A stretch of 46,215 nucleotides of DNA from Choristocarpus tenellus KU-1152 (lineage: Eukaryota; Protista; Phaeophyceae). The notes below the pieces were generated by a model. That model did not search any database and was not told the DNA's origin. It worked only from the letters and a program-made list of their open reading frames with translations. Position numbers and translations under genes: made by a program. Shown piece by piece: positions 22,301-34,300 of the stretch. How positions within the stretch are numbered: position 1 is the stretch's first letter; each line of letters starts with the position of its first letter. Location: assembly GCA_964200185.2 (NCBI GenBank), contig CAXNAD020000021.1, forward strand, positions 1 through 46,215, given 5' to 3'.

Positions 22301-25300
22301 AGCAATATAGAGATATAAGGGAAAGTGAAATAGCAACAGTTTCCTGGATCAAAGAGGCAAATATCAAAGGTGCCATCCACCTACTTCACAACTCAGAGCT
22401 AGCACGTATCCTATAGAGATCAGATTTAAATCTATACCAGAATGGGCTTATGACTACCTCAAACCCTCTCCAAATATGTAGGTCATTATTCACTCATCAA
22501 GCAGGGCTTCTGCACAAAATCCACAAAAATCTGATCAAAGAGGTCACCACCGTGTGTCAAAACAAAGAAGGTAAAACCGTAAGCAAATAAAGGTTAATAC
22601 TAAGACAACAGGAAAAAGAACCACACTGTTAACAATATTCTTTTTAATCATGTGTAAAAGAAGATTCTGTAGAAGAAACAATCTAAGGACAAAGATACAA
22701 TGTTTGTGTTCTGAAGAATAGAAGATAAGGTTGGGTTTCGAGAACCAGAATGAGGAAGAGTTCAGGAATAGGAAGCATTGTAGGAAGTAATCTGTTATTA
22801 GTTTGATTAGTCATTCACAGAATAGAATTGATTTGGTGGCAAGGACCCTCCCCCCCCCTTCTTGGCTTTGACAACCACTCCGTCCTTTCACCTTCCCTAC
22901 TTCATAACAACCTGATCTACACAATAAGGAACTAATCGAGTCATTTACACGCACAAGTCTTGGGAACATCCATTTATTTAGCACGCACCCACCCAACACA
23001 TATATATACATATACATATATATATTAATAGGCATAAAATAGGCTTCAAAGAAATGAACCGTTGCAGCCTTTTGCCATCTAATGACATGCACACAAGTGC
23101 AGAACATTCTTCTCAAAAGAAAAAAAAGGTTGAGCACCACCAGGATCAAGTAATGATGTGTTTTAGGCACTCTGGACTACAACAGTTGCAGCGTGACTTA
23201 CCGTGTCAATCTTCACCCCATATTGCATACCCAGTACCACTTCAGGGGCTCGATATGACCTGTAGTGACAAACGAAAATGTAACAATTGACTTATTTTGG
23301 GAATAGGGCAGCAGCAGTCAGCAGCATTACAGATCACTAGTGCAGAGAGTGCATTTACTCCAACAATATACCATTCGTTGTTTATCTATGATAGGCCTTC
23401 ATGGCATTGTTGCTTGCCTGCTTTGTGTGTAGCCTGTAAGATCATCCGTGGTGAAGCAGCTTGAGCCAAAATCGATCAGCTTTATCTGCCAGATAGCGGA
23501 TCATTTGAAAGCTCTCAAGTTGGGAACATCATAACAAAAAAGGCATCATACCACTGGAGACTGGAGATCTCCTGGTGCTTATACAGAAAGGTATGTGAAG
23601 AGAGACAGTAAAGATATGAAAAGGAATGAACAACCTGTACAAGAGGGCACAGTCAACTGCACATGCATGCTGTCTCCCACATCTACATTTCTTTGCAGTA
23701 TACTCACAAAACCAAGTGATACACCAATTCAATCTACCGTCCCTTCAAATGCTGCACACACCTCCACACGACCATAACTGACAAGGAGAATATTCTCTGG
23801 CTTGATGTCACAGTGGATCAGGCCAAGGCTGTTAATATAGGCCAGGGCTTCCAAGCACTGTCGCATAATGCTCTGTAGCCTACGGTGACAGGAAGAAAGG
23901 CATTTGAGCGTAAATGGAAGCAGTATCTGCTGTCATAGGTTTACAATTTAAACTGTCTAATGTCCCAACTGCAAGGTTGAACTCATGGCGTTTGCTGCAC
24001 TTCAGTATTATGAAGGTACTGTACCCATTGGGATTCCAAATTGGCTTCTATCAGGAATTTCAACATTTTGGACTATATGATACATACTTGTTCTGCAAAT
24101 GGTCTAGTTAATCACAAGTTCACAAGTCACCTGCTGTGCCTCCTATTGGAGCATGTAGTATCAATTATTGTGTACTACACATAAGACCAAGGAAAGGCAT
24201 TACAGTACAAGAACTCCTACAAAACAGACTTCAACTATGGAATATCCATACATGACTTTGATCAGCAGGGAATACAAATGACCCTAACCCCACAAATACA
24301 CCTGAAGCACTATTACAAGAGAAGACATGAAACACTATTACAAGAGAAGGACAGTTCAGGGACGCAAGAGCATGACATGGACATCAAGGGCAACTTTGTG
24401 GGCTCTTGTCATCAAAGAAGGATAGCAATATGATGGAAAATATAACCACAATCGCCTGTTTATGTGTTCACCATGCAAACTGTCCGCGTTCAATGAATTG
24501 CCAGATTGATCAAGTAGAAAATACCAAATAGGAGAGACACAACGACACACAAAAGCACCCTATCAGCAGTAGTAATGGATCCAAGATAAATATAGGATTC
24601 CTCTAAAACCCTCCTCAGTAACAACTCAACAAACCACAGAACCCCAGGAATACTCCAGGAAAACTCCAGGAAAACTCCAGGAGGAATGCTCTAAACTCTT
24701 GTTATCCCCACGTCATCAGACTGCATAAACAAGTCACCCTTAACCAGCTTACCAAATGGAGGGGTGTTGAATACAGAGGGAGGGCTGGTAGGCTTCCAGT
24801 ATGTATCTGAATCAATTGCCCCCTGCACATCCACACTCAATTGTGCTTTACCATAATATATGGAGCTAACCTGCCACAATCCTCATTGTAATATTACTGA
24901 CTGAACTCTTGCTGAGGATAAACCACACACCACATCTATATTGGGGATGTAAAACCTTACATTACAACAAGCAAGGGGTCATCAAATCATACGAAAAAAA
25001 CCCAAATCAGGTGTGTTCCCCAGCATTGAGAAGTCTTTTGTGTCTGTGTGCCCACCTTGGAAAAGTGAAGTATGGGGGATGTCCCTCTTCCCTAACAATC
25101 TTTGCGAACTCATAGAGGTTCTCCCTCAGCAGCTCGCTCACGATGATAAGGTGCTCTTTGTAGTAGAAGTAGTCCAGCATACGCAACACATGGTGGCGAT
25201 CCTATTGGGGCAAAAACCCCCAAAGGAATCAAAGAGGGGGGATCAGCAGTGTCAACCAGTAAGGGAAGAGCAGTTGCTTCGGTCTCTAGAAGTATGAAGT

Positions 25301-28300
25301 CATGTAGTGAACGTTGTCGGAATTGGCTGTCCAAGTTGCATTGAGTGAAGGCAAGGCAAACCAAAAAAACAGAAAAATATGTAAAAAGAGAACATTTCTC
25401 TTAGGCAACTACAGTGGTCACAAGGACAATAAAGTTGCAGGATGCCCACCTCACTCCATCTGCGCAGTCAGCACTACTCATTGTAAACACAAGCCTCAAC
25501 CCAAAGCTACATTCTGATGTACAACTTCTTAGAGATGCACTCCACAAGCTCATGCTGTGCTAAAGTCAGAGTTTTTCATTGGGTGAACAAACTTAAAAGA
25601 TGTATCCAAACAGTCAAATTAAGAGCACATGGAAATAATGCAGCAACCCCCACTTGCCGTAAGAGTAATGGAAAGCCAATATTAATAGAACAAGCAACAC
25701 TGAAGTAGTGTTAGGGTTAGGAGCACCAAGCAGGAGTACACCGTGAAGATAATTATGAGTCATTGGCATCTTGTGGATGACACAATATAGTGCATGAACA
25801 AGGACAAGCGATTAACTATTAGTTTCATTCGATGAACTATCCATTGATATTCACGCACGCTCACAAATACAGGTACTGAAAATGCTGAAAGTACATGTTG
25901 TGATAAGTACGTGTTGTGATAGGTACATGTTGTGATAGGTACATGTTGTGATAGGTACATGTTGTGATAGGTACATGTTGTGATAGGTACATGTTGTGAT
26001 AGGTACATGCTGTGATAGGTACATGTTGTGATAGGTACATGTTGTGATAAGTACATGTTGTGATAGGTACATGTTGTGATAGGAGTGCGAGACAACCTCG
26101 GTACAAAGCATAGACAAGATAGAGTAGTGAAGCTTAAAGTTACTCATATACTGGGTGCAAAATACATTGTAGCACCAACTACATGGAGGACTGCTCTAGA
26201 TGCACAGAGGTTCATAACCACTGATGGGGTGCTACATTTTCTCTAGGACGTACAGGATCACCACTGGCATTGATGTGCTTGAGCAGCTTGATCTCATCCA
26301 GGCTTTGATCCAAGAAGTCCTTGTTGTTCTTGATAACCTGACAGGCACCCCCAAACAGTCCAAACAAGTTGGGGTACTTGAGGATACAGCACCAGTCACT
26401 GCTCTATTAAGAACCACACTGCCTCACTTGGTTTGGAACAGTAATGCTTTATCAATTGACCAGAAATTGCATACAAGCAAGTACAGAGACAATACAATCG
26501 CTTGCAGGGCCAAGGATTAATCCAGATTTCAAGTTTTGTTGCTACACCGTGTCTTTTTGCACTGTAAACAACAGCACAAACACGCACCCTTTGCTTCATG
26601 ACTTCCCTACTTAATGTTCACAGGAATACATGCATGGAAAGCAAATGTGATAGTCAACTACACTGCTCAAACCTGTTGCCTTGACCCTCACTAACAGAAT
26701 CATTTTGATGTACTTGTACACAGTGGTGAATTTTGTCACCAAGACCATCCCTGTACCACTGGTTCACCCACCTTAAGACATACAGCTTGCCCCTCTGACT
26801 CTAGATCAAGGCAGTGGAGAGTTGTGCTAAAGGCTGCTGTTCCAATGTAGCTGCATACCTGAAGACATTTCAGGCAAGAGAATAATACCAATACACAGCA
26901 GTATGTAGTAGGAGAAATCAATACAAGTGTGGTATGAACGCAACCTGCGTTGATGTTGTGATACTGGAAAAGAAATGAACCAATCAAATATCCACACAGA
27001 GAGGTGAGACATACAGTCATTGAAATTGATATGAAAACAAATGCAAAACATGAATTAGCTTAGGGTTACAACTAGGTTTGGAACAAAGTATCAACCAGTC
27101 ATCTGGGATCAAGCCATCTGTATGTTCAAAGGCCTGGACTATAGCTTCAAAGAAGCTTGTCAAGGGTCCAAAGTCAACACCAATACATGGAGCATATCAG
27201 ACTCAATGAAGCTGGTACTATATCTAAAAAAAAACTCCAGGATTTGATACAGGGAATACCCAGTTAAGCACAAGCAAATCCACTATGAAAAACAAAGCCC
27301 ACCTCATTCCAACATGCCAATGGGAAACTTACTGCTTAATGGGGTACCTGATATCTACCAGCCACAATGGAGTCCACAGGGGCATTGAAAGCTTTGCTCT
27401 CTTCAAAACCCGTCTTCCCCTTGACATACACAACACGCAAATTGAAGCTTCCCAAGTCCTCAACTGTTGCAGCCCCTAATGCAGGTAGGATAGCAGGGTC
27501 TTTGTTTACAAGCTGGAATGAAGAGACAGCAGCAATGCAATTCTTATCACACCGTGAGATGGTAAAAAGGAGAAGGGGTGACGACAAACATATACATTCT
27601 TGCCATCACATAATGGACAATCCATTGAAGGCTTTAAACCCTCAGTTACAGTTGTCACCCAAAGAGAGTACTGTGATATTTTGTAGCAGAGGTAAAAAAT
27701 GCAGATTTCACTTCAGGAAATTTTTAGGCAGGGAAACTAAGCAGACAAAAACAGACAAAAAACAGAGTCCTGTCATCCAAATGGAATACTGCTTATCATA
27801 GGGGAAAATCTCAGGTATGTCAGGATAGATGCACATCCAAAAAACAAGAATGATACAAAGAACAATAACAGTAATAATACCAATAGCAAATATGCATCTA
27901 TTTTTAAATCCCTCCATACATTGTACTCACCTTCAAGGGGAGCAGCAACTGGATTCCCCGATTTGCTATTATCTGTAGCCTCTCCCCCATGGCCATTATC
28001 CTCAGTCTCATTAGTGTCCTGCCGGACATCACCTAGGCAGACTTCCCCCTTCAGGTCAACATCCACACCTTCATTCATAAGTCTGTTCTTTTCCCGAAGA
28101 TTGATTCCATGGTTGTCTGAATCTTTGTCCACCCTGATGGAATATTTTGACTGTTTAGAGGGGCAAATGTAAGAATGAAAATATGATGAAGCAGAAAGTA
28201 GGCAATGCTCAAGTCTGGAGAACAAGTTTATAGTACAATATTACAATACATGAAGCATATTTCTGGGATTATCCTAGGGTTATGGTTGGTGCTATGGATA

Positions 28301-31300
28301 GGGTCAGGGGTAGAGTTGGAGTTAGCCCTCCAGTAACGTTCAAGATTAATATTACACTATTGGCAACATTCAAGATATATGCATATTTAGTACAACCACA
28401 TCCTTGTGTAACAGTTGAGCCAAATGGGTAGAAAGAAGATGGACAGATACTATTAGCAACAACTCATATCACACCTCAGCTCTCATCGCATCAGCCCCAT
28501 TGCTGTCTACAGTAGAAGCTATCGTTTGGTGAGGCCCGCCTCTGTCACTCTGTTTCCGTCCGTAACGGTGAAAATCATCCCATGATTTTATTGGCCACAC
28601 GGAAGGCTTTGGGTCAAAGCTTCCTGCTCCCACAAAGAGAAGTGGGAGAATGGGGAAAGGAGTCCTTCATACATTAATATTGAATGGGGGCAGTGGTTGG
28701 GGAAGCAAGCCACTTCCAATATTCAAAAGCCTGAAAAAAGGAAAGGTGCAAGCAAAGACTACTTCAATATTGATCCTGGTAGCCAAAGCAGTCATGAATG
28801 ACATGGAGAGTTGAACCAAAGGTTAACATGTCATGCTTCAACTGATCATACGTTTGGGGAACATGAGGGACACCCTTTCCGGCCCTCCTGAGTGCAAACA
28901 AGGTTCAATGCAGCTTAGGAGATCAATTTGGTAATGGGGAACATGAGGGACACCCTTTCCAGCCCTCCTGAGTGCAAACAAGGTTCAATGCAGCTTAGGA
29001 GATCAATTTGGTAATGGGAGCAAAGATGACTAAGGTGGGATATCAATAAATAAACAACCAATGATGGGTTCCAAGACCCTCTCCCAACGACCCTGAAACC
29101 ATGTTGGATTACACAAAGCAGCACATGCAAATCAGATCCAGATCCCAACCTCACAGCAGAGTATTCTTCAAAACTAAAATGAGTACCACAATATAATGGA
29201 ACAGGGTGAGAATGTGACTACACGAATACATATTATGATAGAAGTGAACACTAGTTACAACAGGCACAGCCCAAACATGTTTTTTGTAAGCATCAACTAT
29301 TCCGAAAATCGGTATTGCACCCTTGGTACCAGACCACAGCAACACCATAAACAAGGCCATCATGCACGCACCTAAAATAACAATGAACTATTACAAAACA
29401 AACCTGGAGGTCCATACAACAATTGTACTTGAAAGAATAGCAACAAGCAGATCCCATTGCACCATATTAACACCACTCCCTAAGTATGATGAGTGCAGTG
29501 GTCAACCTCAAACGGTTTACCAGCACAAATCCATAGCTATGCTGGAAACACCACATACTGACAGTATGGACATAAGAAACAATGTTGAACAATTCTGTTC
29601 ATGCACTGGAGTACACATCAAGCTTGCAGATTAGTTGCACTAAAAAAATATATATGGAACAAACGCTGCATTGTTAAGGAGGATATTGGCTGTTGATTTC
29701 ATCCCAAAACACATACCTTGACATACCTTGACATACCTTGACCATTACAACTACAAAAAATGCAACATCTTGCAACCTAAACAACCCACATGGCACCAAC
29801 GCAGACATGCCAAGGAGTTACTTTGTATCGTTGGATAGATAATATGAAACTCACCAGCAGCTCCAGAGGCAACACAGTCCATTCCTCCAATCTGAGACGA
29901 GGCCTCACTGGTTGGGATGGACACAACACTGTCCTTCTTGCAGTGACTTCCTACAGTCCTTGATCGATTCCTATGACCAGTGAGTGCAGCTTCCCAATCT
30001 TCCAAGCCCTCATGATTTACAGATGCTGAGGGAGGAGGAGGATGTGAAGGGGAAAGAGATTTTCCCGACATAGGGGCAGTGATTCTGCCCCACTCTTTAT
30101 TCCAGCCCAACAAGTGAGTATCTCCATTGCCCTCCAGAGCCCCTGCCACATTTTGGTTGTGACTGTTGTTTTGATTGGGACTGTGATCACTGTCCACACC
30201 ATGATCATCCAGGATGGATGTGGCAACAGCTAGGTCACGATTATAGTCTTCCCCTCCACAATACCCTTCCTCGCCACCAGCACTGCTTATCCTGAACCTA
30301 TCTGTCCACCCTTGTCCCTTGTCCTGGTGTTCGCTTTTTGACCACTTTGATGACCACCCCTCCTCAACATCTCGCCTGTCCTCACTGTGTCCATCTACCT
30401 CATACCTGCCTTCTCCCCAGTCTACCAAGCCACCCTCTTGTCTTTGCCCCTCTCTCTGCCTGTCCTCGTACTCCCCTTGCATTACATGATCACCATCCCA
30501 TGCTTGAAGCCCTGAAAGAAAGGTCTGAGAGTCAGGCTGATCAACACGGCCATGCGTAAACACCCTCTGAGCAGACACAGCAACAGGGAAAATCTGTGGT
30601 AAGTTATGGAGGCAAACAAAGTAGGAAAAGAAACACACATTTTGGAGATACAGCAACACTTGCTGGCAATGTGGCGAACATAGATTATGTTATGTCTTAG
30701 GTGCACACTGGAACAAGTCCTCCGTTCTACTCACTCAAAGCATCTCATCAGTAGTACACAAGAAATGCTAGGGAAGTCCTATTATAGTGTCAGTTGCCAG
30801 ATAAATATTTCCTCCACACCTACAGAGTAAATGTTTCATCTTATGCTTTAACAGTATCTCCCTTCACCTACTCAGAGTACAGTAAGTAACAATCTGAAAC
30901 TTAAAAATTGCAATCGATACCCTGTGTCCCAGGTCCACCACACTACAACCCATCCAACTGTCCACACACTAACTCAAACTTCCAAACAATGCAGCAGATT
31001 TCTCACCTGTGCATTGAAGAACTCTTCCTCTGTGAGATGAACAGCAACATACCCAAGGTCAGCATCATCATCCCACTCATCGACTCCATTGTCCTCATAT
31101 GGTGAAGACTCTTCCAGAGTAGGCACAAGATTTCCACCACAAACTATGCAAGCTCTCTGACATTGATTATCCTCCCCACCATTTCCAACAGACAAAGAGT
31201 CATTTGCATTCTCATTAGGCGATCGTACATGTGATCCAGGTGAGCCTGTGCCCAATAGACATTTACACAGGCCCTCCTTCCAGTCCACTTTGAAACCATT

Positions 31301-34300
31301 TTCTGGTGATTTGGGTAAAGTGGATGCAAGTGAGGGTATAGGTGGTGGCACTCTTTGAGACTGTGTTTCCTCCAAATGCTCACCCTCTACTAGGTGTTGT
31401 GCATGAGGAGAGGTGTACCTTCCCTCCAGTACCCTAGAAAGGTCACTCTCCACGGCCTGGTCCTGCAGCAAAATCCTCACACCACCAAGCAGGAGGATAC
31501 AGTACATAAAAGGATGTGATCATCCAAGGTAAAAGACAGTGCATGGACACAACATATGATTATGCATCAAAGATGGTAAGGAAATCATGGGAGGACACAG
31601 AGAGTGATAGTGGGAAAGGGGACAAAGGCATACCCACAAGCAAGATAGGCCCTAAGCAGTACCGACAGTTTGAGCCAAAGTCCTGAGCTATGACAACCTG
31701 AATTGACCAGCAAGAATAACACATAGAGGTTACCCTTGACTGAATAGATCAAACCAGACAAGCATCAGAGTATGCTCACACTTAGTCTCTCAAAATGTGG
31801 TAGTACAGAGATTGCAATAAACAACAGTAATCCCAAGATAACACACACTCGAGCAATGTGGATACTGCAATGTGAGGGTAGATCATCACAAGTAGCAGTC
31901 ATTACAAGGGAAAAAACTTGTGAAGATGAATCTAAAGGGTAAAAATTATGGAAGCACCATGATTGAGTCGACTTTGATGCTTATTTATCTCAGAAGGAAG
32001 ATCAACAATATATATATATATATATATATCTATTATTCAGCATGCCCAAAACAACAAGGATAACCACATTTCACCCCTTGACAGTACAATATAGTGACAA
32101 ACCCATACTTCCTTTTCATTGGCATGAATAGAGCAAAAAAAATTGGAACCTTATCACAACAAAGGTTAACAAAACTTCATTGGGAAACGAAACAAACTTC
32201 GCTCGATCTCAAATACATACAATATATAACCTGAGCAAGAATGTATCCATCCATTCCGTAAAGCCCAACTAAAATCAAGAGCAAGCAGAGATATTTCAAA
32301 CAACTGTCCAGATTTGTGGCATCTTATCAAAGCACATTACAGTTACTTCCTGGAGAAATCTCAAGGTGTGTGATGTGAGCAATACAATTATTTTTCCTCC
32401 AGAAAAGAAACGCAACGTTAACAACACAAAGTAGTAATAAGTTCAAAGTTCTTCAAACCAGTCACCCAACACAGCATCATGCTCAACATTCCTCCGCCAA
32501 TTTGATAACAGGCCCAACATTATTGAGGTGCTGCCATATTACTGTGCTTGACACCTAAACCCTACAATTTTGTATGCCCTATCCATACAAAAGGTGCAAG
32601 GATAGGTCTAGCTTCGTGTAGATACCCATGGTCCACACAAATGTTGACTATTCCCAACCATAGTTCAGTGCTGAATATTACGTATGACTAGAGACACCAA
32701 TCACATTGATAAAGTTGACACCTTAGAGTCCTACAACGACCTCCTTCACATGATGCAGAGACAACAAACTGCAAACTGCACCATAGATACAGAAGGGTCG
32801 CCATTCCATCCATTCTTGGGTAGAACACAACCATGGTGCCATTTGAGAAAAAAGTCCTAGTCAACATATCAGTGTTGGGACTATAGCAGCATAGTTTCCC
32901 TCCATATTGCTCTTTTATAAAATAGAAGGCAAACCAGCTTGTACCTCACAAAGAGCATGTTCACATTGATGGAGACTGTTCACAGCTTTGACAACAGGGA
33001 ATAAGCCAAGAAAATCAACCGTTAGGCAATACCTTCCTTTGTTTGAGTGCCCACATTCAAGAGGGCAAAGGCAGCTTCAGCACAGGTACGGTTTGACTGC
33101 CAGTCAATGTAGAGAAACACAAATCATCCATTGTTACCACAGAGATTCATGGTACAGATAATCGAGACGCTATAGTCAAATATATACAAGCATATGCTCT
33201 ACGCAAGTGCAACATTGAGAAAACTTACCAGGGATATCCTATGCTTCCTGCATGTTGCAACCACACTCTCGAGCAGCTGCAATGTACATGACCCAGTTTG
33301 CAAACTCTGCACTTCACGATTAGGCAATGACCATGAAGACCAGGATACAGCTCTCTTCCTAAGGCGATCTGGTGAATGTCCAGGGGGACATGGCCTAAAG
33401 TTCACAGAATGGGCCACCTCTGCTTCATTTGAAACGCAATGCCTTCCTACACAACAAACTCCATTATCATGTCGATCATCCTCCTCCTGCTGCTCCTCCT
33501 CTTCCTCTTCCCCTTCCTTCTGTTCTTTCACACCTTCCCCTTTATCTGTTCCTTCCTCTTTATCTCCTTCCTCTTCATCTCCTTCCTCTTCATCTCCTTC
33601 CTCTTCCTCTTCATTTTCCTCCTCTTCCTCTTCCTCTTCCTCTTCCTCTTCCTCTTCCTCTTCCTCTTCCTCATCCTCATCCTCATCCTCATCCCTTCCC
33701 CCGTGGTATACCGTCAAGTCTGCCTCCTTCATACTTGTTTCTCCATCCTCTTGACTACATTTTGCACTAGCACTGTCACCTGCAGATTTGGGAGTGTAAT
33801 CATACTTCAGCGAATGGATAATGTATTGGGGTCTTGATTAACGTGGGACAGCAAGCAACAGTACAGTGCACAATCTTATTCCAGATAAAACACCATACCT
33901 CAAAGGAGAAAGGGATCTGTCCATTGGTCAGGGGCATGTTGTACTATACTGAAGACCCATGAATTCAAATAAGCATAATGCCAAGCATACCTTTGCATGT
34001 ACTATGAGTGCTAGTACTATGTATCTAAAAGATGCTCTATGTCCATTCCTTGGTTAGTCCAGGAGATATGCAAGTCTCAGAAAGATCAATCCTTAGTCCC
34101 TACAAGAACTCACATGGCATTGGGGGTACTGACCACCCCTGGGTATACTCCCTTGCACAGTCTGGTAGATGATGGCAATAGGGTTTTGATTATTCCAGTG
34201 GCACCAGCACAAGATATCGGACAATGGGTCATGGACGAGAGGTGAGATAGAGCTTCGAGGTGGCAGCTCTTCCCTACTGCTGTGCTTTAGTGGAATGATT

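Noticed and set aside
25891-26082. CRISPR-like array or repeat-protein ORFs (25760-26147)
   Set aside because: Head-to-tail units without spacers, in a eukaryotic intron. The ORFs are by-products of a stop-free repeat.
33194-33837. Plus-strand poly-Ser, Leu-Pro and Phe-Leu ORFs
   Set aside because: Antisense shadows of the poly-Glu DYRKP exon.
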